Virus record (IMG/VR): IMGVR_UViG_3300042460_000519
Location: 1,638-65,637 of that record
Origin: a virus
Lineage: Duplodnaviria > Caudoviricetes
Length of the DNA: 64,000 nucleotides
Reading direction: 5' to 3' (one strand)
Of the stretch, positions 38,101-46,900 are shown in pieces; positions within the stretch are counted from its first letter, which is position 1; the number at the start of each line of letters is the position of its first letter. The position numbers and the translations under genes were made by a program. Under the pieces are notes generated by a model. The model was not told where the DNA came from and made no database searches. It worked only from the letters and a program-made list of their open reading frames with translations.

Positions 38101-41040
38101 ATGCTTGATGGTGGTGGTGTACCTATAGTTACAGATAAATCTAGATTTACAATTTCTAGCATTAATCATTGCGCAACTCCAGCAAAAGAAAAACAACTAA
38201 CTGTAGTTTCATATTATGCTTCAATGAAAAATGATTTTGTCAATCAATGGGGACAAATATATTCATATGATACAGTTGATACAGGATTTCAAAAAAATAT
38301 TACAGATAACAATTCTTCTACAATTTTTGGTGGAGATACATTTATATCTAGATTTGCATTTAAAACAAAAATTCCATTCTTTTTTGATAATAGAGTTAAT
38401 GCTCCTGATGATTCAGATGTGTTCTATGATGAGATTGGTAATGTTGCATATCCAAAATACTGGCATTCTGCTAGATCCATATTAAAAAATATTGGCGACT
38501 TAACTAACTTTATTAGTTATAAAGCACATGAGTTTGATTGCCCTAATGATCCATCAAAAATAGCTCCAGCAACTACAACAGGAGCATATGGATCATATAG
38601 AACATTTTATGATGGATATTTTTATTTATTTGCATATGGTGTACCTAACTTCTATTGTGAAAGTTCTTATAACACAGACCTTAGACAAGCATTTAATAAT
38701 AAAGAAGGAGATTTCTGGCCACACGTAACAACAGGTATTCCTGATGATTGGGTACAAGAAACTTATGTATCTATAGCTAATGATAATACATATACATATA
38801 ATGTAACATTTTCTAAACAAAATAAAGAAAACTTCTTTAGTCATTTACCATCAGATTGGACTGATCAATTATGTTTTACATATTTCCCATTTAGAGCAAT
38901 CTATTCTGATACACAAAATCAAAATGCTGATGTAAGAGTTAATAATTGGTTAATATATAGAGCAACGTCATTATTTGATTTTCCTCAAAATTATGGATCT
39001 CTTACAGCTTTAGATGGAATTCAAAACAGAGCTATATTGGCTAGGTTTGAAAACAAAACATTAATGTATAATAACTTATTAACTATCAATACAAGTAATC
39101 CACAAGCTGCTTATGTTGGTAACCCTAATATGTTTAGTGCTCCTCCAGTTGATTTTGCTGAAACAGATCTTGGATATGTAGGAAGTCAAAATAAAATGTT
39201 ATTAAAGATACCACAAGGACAGATCACTGTTGATGCTAAACGTGGACAAATATTTCTTATTGAAGGTACACAAGCTGTAGATCTATCTGGATTTGGTTCT
39301 GGAATGAATAGATTCTTTACAGACCATTTAGCATTTGAAATACTTAGATATTTTCCTAATGTTTCAACAGATAATCATTTTAATGGAATTGGACTTCATG
39401 GAGTGTATGACAGTAAGTTTGAAAGAATTATTCTTACTAAATTAGATTATATTCCTATTGATAAAGATATTAAATATGATGCTATAACAAAACAATTCTA
39501 TTTAGAAACAATTATAGATGGCAACAGTGTCATTAGATCAGAAGTTTATTTAACAGATTCTGATTATTTTTGTAATAAGTCTTGGACAATATCATTTAAC
39601 TTCAATACAAAATCTTGGATTTCTTTTCATAGTTATATTCCTAATTGGTACATAGGAGAAAACAATTTCTTCTATTCTGGAGTTAATGGATGTTGTACAG
39701 ATATTGCAGGAGACTTTACAGCAATTGTTGGTACGCTTAATAAAATACCTCCAACTACTACTACCACTAGTTCAACTACATCTATATCTACAACAATGGC
39801 TCCAAGACTAAAAAAAGATTGTGATTTAGAAGGTGTTATTGTTGAAACATTATGTGAATTAGAAGGAGATGCAGTTATAACAGTTCCACCATCAACAACA
39901 ACAACAGTGTGTGTAAGACCATCAGACTTATCACGAATAACATTTTTATCAGGATATCAAATAGAGCCAGATCCTATTGTTGATTCAACTATAAGTTTTG
40001 AAGCTGCATGTGGTGCATTTGGTATATTAACATCTTCATCTACTGCAATTCCTGAAGGATTTAATGTTGGTTACTCAACTTTAGAAATAGGAAGCGTTTT
40101 GTATTATGATTATAATAATAATGATTGTACATACGTACCTGATGGTTGGTATATAACACAAGAAGGATTGTATAATGGATTTGTATATTATGTAGAAGGT
40201 GGAACATTAACTTCTAAAGACTATTGTGATTGTGGAAGCACTACACCTGATACAACTGTTATTCCAAATATTCAAGAATGTTGTGGAATATTATTTTCAA
40301 CTATTGATGGGGTTTATTATAGTGATACTATTACAACAGATATGGCTTTATTAAATATTCCTAATTTCAGTTCTACATATGGAATAGCTATGACAGCTAA
40401 TTACTTATGGAGTGTAACTACAGAGTTCTTAATGTGGGATATTACATTAAGTCCATTCAGTGCAACATTTAATACAGCTATACCATTCCCAGGAGCATTT
40501 ACAACTTCTTCAGGAATAGTTGCATTAAACGATACAACACTAATTACAATAGGTGATTATTCTTCACCACAAGATGTTGTAGAGCTGGTTCTTGATTGCA
40601 ATGTAACTCCTCCTGCATTTATTTCTACAGTTCAATTTAGTCTACAAGCAGATAGAATTGCACTTAGTAATATGTTATATACAACTACAGAAAAATTAAT
40701 TGTTATTAATCAAGATACAATAACATCTGATTATTATTTAACACAATATGAGTATCCTTCAGGAATAATTGAATTAGATTTAAATATAGGATCAATAGTT
40801 CCAACATCAATATATGAATGTGCATGTATAATATATATAACTACAAGTTTAGATGTGTTATATACAATAGAAAAATCATCTCCTAATTCATTAGTTGAAG
40901 TGACAACACTAACATCAAATGCATTTATTTCTGCTACACAAGTGGCAACATGTGTAGGAGGATCGTTAATTGATAGTGTAGTAACAACTACAACAACAAC
41001 CACTATTGCCATTACTACAACATCAACAACAACAGTATAA
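35149..41040 (+). CDS. Tail stabilisation (muzzle) protein, N-terminal part, with Cys/Thr-rich insertion and extension
   Basis: GLNLD..., IYWTDGFNPRR, G.L.SGTYQFAIQY, GYLRDEVYAF, FGGDTFISRF and WTISF...WISFHSYIP propeller motifs; about 450-aa C-terminal extension of fibre-type modules. Confidence 0.75.
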   Translation: MTDNTSQDSTPQGNIKLEYNVASTGLNLDNTVNQVSKGQLTYALNASVENFDSSSVNYQNEPGNEACITFPNEFVLIGAHFIQEKNKHIFFITNPITEESEIGFMENNDCQYQTLVNASCLNFNINYPIHKVVHKITNCTTEIYWTDGFNPRRYLDIENIPWKLKVTSNLCDPTPDIGNLDCNQLKLQPNFNIPELSIVDIRNGGDLTSGTYQFAIQYSDASGNPYTSYYSVTNPCPIADIRTTTPNFNYQVGKSIVISIDNLDETGLFQYFNLAVIKTINDIPSVELVGTYFIDQSIKNITYTGQNQTQIRLTIQDIFEKFPYYELANDLTAVQDVLVWNGLTSIDRINYQSIATQITLQWQTYKIPATENYADELNATNLRGYLRDEVYAFEIVFLLRNGKQTDGFHIPGRLKNVNEAYPDVPNTNSDFIGNGTSAPYWKIYNTASVTGTALGDPIGNATPYQYGEFAYWESEDVYPCNIDLWGDLADQPIRHHKFPDVLVSPIFESVIFGGASSMVMQNDAVFPIGVKIDIDQVRNLIITSSLTKSQKDDIIGFKIVRGNRGTNKSIIAKGILRNVNSYKREEQEFYFPNYPYNDLDVDPFLNQNNNAWLQTAEPWLIIGEALENGKIIIQYTDCNTGKLTTRDDIVAGQTIEICAITRPITLQGKALIGPGNYDVWYSNACGGCRGYRFSWADPFTDNNLALVDNDPYLEGCGIFPGCFFGCDEEWARVDVGGIARTDCNNSFWDGFCKCDASTLDAAQVGYTTQPINVIDLNGGTIKHPRIGRRSSLKTKEQVPLPALSLSQDTNYRYVFNSPETSFGQPFLGTILKLENVIYGAGKGHFVQVKNNAKYKLLSEEAQRDAYASSDKIANLGSYNATALFTAYQTYLQIYINGITRKNYAYSFNSIANYDYWASINNNLGIKQREIDYTQYLIPGVQSVGDPNGIVMNNFQRESSVFIKTIEDRNGIPVTAIPFPSNSPEMLDGGGVPIVTDKSRFTISSINHCATPAKEKQLTVVSYYASMKNDFVNQWGQIYSYDTVDTGFQKNITDNNSSTIFGGDTFISRFAFKTKIPFFFDNRVNAPDDSDVFYDEIGNVAYPKYWHSARSILKNIGDLTNFISYKAHEFDCPNDPSKIAPATTTGAYGSYRTFYDGYFYLFAYGVPNFYCESSYNTDLRQAFNNKEGDFWPHVTTGIPDDWVQETYVSIANDNTYTYNVTFSKQNKENFFSHLPSDWTDQLCFTYFPFRAIYSDTQNQNADVRVNNWLIYRATSLFDFPQNYGSLTALDGIQNRAILARFENKTLMYNNLLTINTSNPQAAYVGNPNMFSAPPVDFAETDLGYVGSQNKMLLKIPQGQITVDAKRGQIFLIEGTQAVDLSGFGSGMNRFFTDHLAFEILRYFPNVSTDNHFNGIGLHGVYDSKFERIILTKLDYIPIDKDIKYDAITKQFYLETIIDGNSVIRSEVYLTDSDYFCNKSWTISFNFNTKSWISFHSYIPNWYIGENNFFYSGVNGCCTDIAGDFTAIVGTLNKIPPTTTTTSSTTSISTTMAPRLKKDCDLEGVIVETLCELEGDAVITVPPSTTTTVCVRPSDLSRITFLSGYQIEPDPIVDSTISFEAACGAFGILTSSSTAIPEGFNVGYSTLEIGSVLYYDYNNNDCTYVPDGWYITQEGLYNGFVYYVEGGTLTSKDYCDCGSTTPDTTVIPNIQECCGILFSTIDGVYYSDTITTDMALLNIPNFSSTYGIAMTANYLWSVTTEFLMWDITLSPFSATFNTAIPFPGAFTTSSGIVALNDTTLITIGDYSSPQDVVELVLDCNVTPPAFISTVQFSLQADRIALSNMLYTTTEKLIVINQDTITSDYYLTQYEYPSGIIELDLNIGSIVPTSIYECACIIYITTSLDVLYTIEKSSPNSLVEVTTLTSNAFISATQVATCVGGSLIDSVVTTTTTTTIAITTTSTTTV

Positions 41041-41042
41041 TT

Positions 41043-41909
41043 ATGTCAAAAACTATTGTAATAAAGATAACCAAAACAGGACCTAATGCAGGACCTTTTA
41101 ACATCTCCACAGAGTTTGGGGATGTTCTTGCTACAGATGTTTCTAAAAAACAATTAATAGTTGGTGTTACATATATTGTTGATGATAATGTTACAAGTAT
41201 AATACTAGAATCTACAGGAAAATGTCCTGTTAAAAAATTCTTTTTTTTAGAATCTTATACCCCATTTGAATATGCTAGTTCAGCATATGTGCAATCAAGA
41301 ACAGCATGTCTATGGAGACACTTAACAAATATTCAATTGTATAATTCTTACTATGGAATTACACAACCATATATAATAGAATACCCTTTTGCTTATCAAT
41401 ACCAAGATGAAATCTTGCAGAACGTAAAAGACTACACTAAAGCGTATGAATATCTTGCTATACCAGATGGTGTATTTAATGATAACACACGAATAGAAGT
41501 TGATAACAAATGGTTTAACAAAGCTATTCTATATAATGGGCAACAGAGTTCAGGACTATTAGAACTAGTAGCTAAACCAATGAATAATCTAAGAGCATAT
41601 GGTCAATATCCAATATTCAATACTAACAGTAAAACAATCACATATACAAAGAGTGATAACTTCTATCAGTATAATACATTCTGGGCTTTAAACAAAAGTC
41701 CTTATGTTCCAATGTTCAATACAACATGTGAGTCTATGTCAATAGATAAAGTGATTAATGAAGCTAATATGGACTATGGCACTAGAAGCTTTAAGAAAGC
41801 CACGCTAAGAGCAAAAGAATTAAAGGTGAGACATATATTAGATAACAGTTCAGAAACGCATTTAGTGAGTCAATTTATAATCGCTCCTGCACAAATGTCA
41901 TACAAGTAA
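41043..41909 (+). CDS. Type A anchor fused to the probable C-terminal part of the tail stabilisation protein
   Basis: N-terminal AGPFNIST...ATDVS...IILESTGKC matches the type A domain; then LWRH...YNSYYG...YIIEY...FNKAILYN.QQSSG. Confidence 0.6.
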   Translation: MSKTIVIKITKTGPNAGPFNISTEFGDVLATDVSKKQLIVGVTYIVDDNVTSIILESTGKCPVKKFFFLESYTPFEYASSAYVQSRTACLWRHLTNIQLYNSYYGITQPYIIEYPFAYQYQDEILQNVKDYTKAYEYLAIPDGVFNDNTRIEVDNKWFNKAILYNGQQSSGLLELVAKPMNNLRAYGQYPIFNTNSKTITYTKSDNFYQYNTFWALNKSPYVPMFNTTCESMSIDKVINEANMDYGTRSFKKATLRAKELKVRHILDNSSETHLVSQFIIAPAQMSYK

Positions 41910-41910
41910 A

Positions 41911-43989
41911 ATGAAAGGAAAAGTAAAATGCACATGTGGATGGTCATGGAACAAATCTGATTCTAGTGCTAAGGATATGTATATATGTCATGAGTGTGGT
42001 AGAGACAATAGCAACAACATGAAGAATGGTGGTTGGTTAGATAGCTATGCTGATGGTGGAACAATGCAAGAACACCAAGAGAACTATAATGATTATAAAA
42101 TTTCTGCTCCTGAAGGTTTCAAAGGAACTGGATATAGTAACGTAGGACGTAACTATTCTCCTGCATGGGGAGGACAGTTTCAAATGGGTGGTAATGTATA
42201 TCCAGTTAATTATGTTCCTCAAGCACAAGAAGGAAAAACAATGTTTAAAAAACCAAGTATTCTTCAACAAGAATATATTGATCCAATATATTCATATTCT
42301 GAAAGAACAAAACTATATCCTTTAGAAGAAAAAGTATTTAAAGAAAGACCTGATGTAGCTGGAATGGCTGCTGGAGATAATCGTGTTATTATTAATCCTT
42401 GGTCTCCAATAAGTAAAGAGATGAAAGATCTTGTCAGAACAAATGAAACTGCAAGACTTGCAATGCGTAATGGATATCCAAGACCTGACTTTGAACTAAC
42501 TCCAAAACAACAAGAGTTTTTTAACACTGTTCAAAATGGTAAACCTTATTCTGAAGACTTACAAGATATAAAAGAGACTATTGCTGCTAGAGTAATGACA
42601 GGGGATGATAGTGCACAAGACTATACTAAAGAGCAAGAGCTTTATGCAGATAAGTTATTTGATGTATTAAAAAAATCAAAAGAATATGCTACTGGAATGT
42701 CAGGTATGATGAAATCTAAAATAGGAATGGGTAACGCTTTTGGTCATCCTGCTATTAAAAGAATGTCACAAGCTATGCCTAAAACAGGAATGACTCCTGA
42801 AGGAACAGGAACACATTATATGTCATCTGTAGATAACTACGCTGTACCAGAATTACAAGATCTTGGTGAAGAAGAACTAACATTGGTAGATCCTGATTCT
42901 AGAAGTAGAGAAGCAATTAGATTTAATTCTCCTGAAGAAGCAAACTATTTTGCAAAAAATTATAAAGATGTTGCTCCAATGACAAATATATTTGGAGATT
43001 TAAATAGTTTTAAAGCAGGTGGTTCTATTCCAGGAGCTGTAGGATTTACATATGCACGTACGAAAGGTATTCCTTCTAATGGTCCATATGCAAAGAAAAC
43101 AATGGCTAGTGCACAGAATGGTGTAGACATGCATGGTTCCCCTATTACAGCTATTGAAAAACATAGATATGATATAGATAGAAGTTACTATGATCCAAGA
43201 ACTAATATAATGAATCTTGGATATGATTATGCTGCATCAGACGATAAAGATAAAATGATTGCACATGAAAATTATCATGCTAAGCAACATAAAGAAGGTA
43301 GAGATAATTTTGATATAGCGCATAATACAGATAATGAGCAATGGGCAAGAATGCAAAAGCGTCCACAGATGATGACTACTCCTGAAGTTTGGAATAACTT
43401 TTATAATAGAAAAGCTATAGAGTCAGATATGATGATTAATAAAATAGCAGAGAGATTACCTGAATCACAGTTTTTTAGAAATGCTGCAGGAGATATAATA
43501 TATAATAAAATAGTTGATCCAAGACAATATAAGATTCCTTATTCTTTTGAAGGAGAAGCTGAGTATTATGAAAATACAGGAGAAGAATTTCAGAATGGAG
43601 GAGAGATGAGATATTACCAAAATGGTCTTGATTGGAAACCAAAAGGAATGAAAGATGGTGGATGGTTAGATGCATATAAAGAAGGAGGAATCATTAAAGA
43701 TGATAGAGGACAATGGGATCATCCAGGAGAGATAACAGAAATCAATTCTAATGATATAACCATGGAAGGAGTACCTTATAATGTTCTTGGTATATCAGAC
43801 ACAGGAGATACAAAACTAATGAAGCCAGGAAAGAACTATAAGTTTAAAGGAAAGAAGGTTACAGAGTTTCCTATGGCTAAAAATGGATTAAGACAAGAAC
43901 AAAAAGGTTTGGTGAATTTAGACAATCTACTTAACTTTACAAATTATAATAAACCACAACCAGGTGGATGGTTGAGCAAATACGAATAA
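41911..43989 (+). CDS. Cargo (ejection) protein with Zn ribbon, zincin domain and repeated xxGG motifs
   Basis: CTCG...CHECG; AHENYHAKQH...FEGEAEY (HExxH plus distal Glu); position before the RNAP block. Confidence 0.65.
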   Translation: MKGKVKCTCGWSWNKSDSSAKDMYICHECGRDNSNNMKNGGWLDSYADGGTMQEHQENYNDYKISAPEGFKGTGYSNVGRNYSPAWGGQFQMGGNVYPVNYVPQAQEGKTMFKKPSILQQEYIDPIYSYSERTKLYPLEEKVFKERPDVAGMAAGDNRVIINPWSPISKEMKDLVRTNETARLAMRNGYPRPDFELTPKQQEFFNTVQNGKPYSEDLQDIKETIAARVMTGDDSAQDYTKEQELYADKLFDVLKKSKEYATGMSGMMKSKIGMGNAFGHPAIKRMSQAMPKTGMTPEGTGTHYMSSVDNYAVPELQDLGEEELTLVDPDSRSREAIRFNSPEEANYFAKNYKDVAPMTNIFGDLNSFKAGGSIPGAVGFTYARTKGIPSNGPYAKKTMASAQNGVDMHGSPITAIEKHRYDIDRSYYDPRTNIMNLGYDYAASDDKDKMIAHENYHAKQHKEGRDNFDIAHNTDNEQWARMQKRPQMMTTPEVWNNFYNRKAIESDMMINKIAERLPESQFFRNAAGDIIYNKIVDPRQYKIPYSFEGEAEYYENTGEEFQNGGEMRYYQNGLDWKPKGMKDGGWLDAYKEGGIIKDDRGQWDHPGEITEINSNDITMEGVPYNVLGISDTGDTKLMKPGKNYKFKGKKVTEFPMAKNGLRQEQKGLVNLDNLLNFTNYNKPQPGGWLSKYE

Positions 43990-43990
43990 T

Positions 43991-46900
43991 ATGAAAGCAC
44001 AATTTTTAAAAATCGCTAAGTGTAAAACTGATAAAGAGTTTTATAAAAAATATCCAACAGAAGCAGCTTTCTTCAAAGCTCATCCTGAAGCAAAGACATC
44101 TATTAAGAAAGCTCAACTAGGTGCTTATATAGGTGGTGATACTATGAAACCTGCTAAACCAATTAATTATCAAGATATATATGATGATCTTGATAAACAA
44201 CTTACTGGTAGTACAGAACGAGAAAGACTAGAGATGGCAGCAAAGCAAGCAGCAATTGCTGCAGCATCTAAATCATCTGGTGGTGGTGGAGGTTTTGACA
44301 TGTCTAGTATGATGAGCATGTTTGGTGGAGGTGGTGAAGGAGGAGGCTCTGTTGGAGAAGGAATTATGTCAAGTGGTGGTTTTGGAGCTATAGGTGGAGG
44401 TATTGGTGGAGCTAAATATGGTAAGCGTATTCCTAAAGCTCAAGTTGGAACAGATGTTAATGGTAATGGTATTCCAGATTATTTAGAAAATATCCAACCA
44501 CAAATGGGCCCAACTCAAAATTTTTCTGCACAATCTTTTCCTCCATTATATTCTCCTAATGCTCAGCAGACAGGACAGAATTCTTTTCAATCTCCAAATG
44601 CATTTGCCACTCCTAATTATGGACAACAGTTCATGAATAATGCTAATCAAACTACTTCAGGTATGAGAGGTATTCCTCAAAGTCTTCCAAGTGGTATTGG
44701 ATATACACCTCCACAAGGTAGTGAAAGTGGCAATGGAGTGGGAGGAGCTTTAAAAGCACTTCCTTTAGTTGGACCAATTGCTGGTGCAATTGATGCTTTT
44801 GCAGAACAGAAAAAGATGAAGGGTTCAGCTGAACAAGCAATGCTTCTTAGTGGGCTTGCATTAGATCTTTCTAGAATGAGACCTGAACAAACAGAAAGAA
44901 AATATGTTCAACCTAAAGATAATGTAATACAACCAGGACAATTAGCTCGTGCACGTGGTGTAGGAACTAATATATTAACTAGAAATGGTGGAGCAGTTAG
45001 AAAAGCACAAGATGGTACAGTTGAAACTCCTCAAATAGATGGTGCTCCTACAGATTGGTATGAAGAAGGAATGGATAAGGATACATACTATGGATTTAAG
45101 AAACAACTTGATGATGCTGGATACCAAGCTATACCAAAACCAGAAAGTGTAAATGTTAGAGACATGCAAGCTATAACTGAAGAACAACCAGATCCTAATC
45201 AAATGTCTGGAGAGCAAGCAGCTGCATTTATGGAAATGTATAATAGAGATCAAGGGACATCAACTGCAACATTTGATTCTAAATCTGCTAGAGATAACTG
45301 GGTTCAGAAAACAGGACTTCCTTGGAGTGAAGCTAAAAGACTTGGATATACATCAGGATCTGCAAAAGATAATAATAAACTATTAGCTGAATTAAATGAT
45401 CCTAGATTTAAAAAAGAAAATCTAAGAACAGAAGCTCCTAAGAAAAGTTCTCAAACACGTACACCTGTACAACATAGAGATACACCAACAGGAAAACTTG
45501 CTCCTATTAAAAAACCTCTAACTCTTGATGAATATTTTAAAGGTAAACCTAAATATACAAAAGATCAAGGTGAGATAAGAATGCCTGATGAAGGAACTAT
45601 GATTGATAGAGTTGGCGAACGTTTGGCTAATCCAGGACAGACACTTGCTAGTTTAGCTAAATATGGAGAATTGCCTGCTAGAGGATTTTCTAAAAATGAT
45701 AAAAATGCTTATGATCAAGTGCTAGGAGTTGCCAATCCTTTTTATTGGGGAAATGCTTTAGTTAATGCTAAAGATTATGTAACCCAAGGAGAATATAAAA
45801 AAGCAGCAATAGAAGCTGCTGATGCATTGCCAGCATTAGGAAAACTTAAATATACTAAATATATACCATTCAATAAAGGTCTTCCACCTGCAAGTGTGCG
45901 TAGAGCAGGCTATTTAGGAGAAGGTGCTAAAAGACTTAAAGCTGCTCCTGCAAAACAATTACCTGCAGCTTCACCTAGAATGTTAAAGCAACCATTCACT
46001 CCTAACTTTGTTATGTATGAAGATGGTGGAGAAATACAAAATACATACGCCCCTGGTTATCTATATGATGATCTTGGATATGAACCATTAAATGATTCTA
46101 ATGTAAAACAATATTATCATGGAGGAGGCATTCCAAGAGCACAAGGTGGTTTCTCAAGTTTTATGGGAGCAGGAGGTACAGATATGTTAAATAGTGCAGT
46201 TGGTCAAGGGTTTAACAATAGTGCAGGATATCAAATGGGTAGTGCTATTGGAAACATAGCAAATGTAATTCCTGGTGTAGGACCTGTAGTTGGAGCTATT
46301 GCTGCACCTATTTTAGGTACTATTGGTGGAGCATTAGATCAAGCATTTGGTGATGCTGGAAAAATAAAAAAATTCCAAGCAAAAGCAAAGAAAAATACAG
46401 AGGGTGCAGCAATGAATAATATGGCTCAAGGAATACAAGCTGGAAATGCTAGTGTAATGGAAGATGGTGGATGGGTTAGTAATGATTGGCAACCACAAGT
46501 TATAGCTTCATTTGGTGGTCTTGACCAACAAGACTTTTATGACTATGCACATGATGGAATGGAATCATTAAGAGCAGGAGGTCACATAAGAGGAGAATAT
46601 CAACCTATTAGTAATAGAGGTATGGAACAATATGCTATGGGTGGTGAAGTTAAAACTACCTGGGGTGGACATGCTGAAACTATTTCACATAATCCATATA
46701 TGCCAGGATCAGGAGAAACTATTATGTTCAGAGGAAAATCACATGATGAATCTGATGGTAATGGTAATACAGGTATAGGTGTTAAATATGGTAAGGGTGG
46801 ACATGATAGCTATACAGACTATGCTGAATATGGAACTCAAGAAGCTGATGCTGATGTAGAAGTTGAAAGAGGAGAACCAGCTGCAGAATTACAAGATGCT

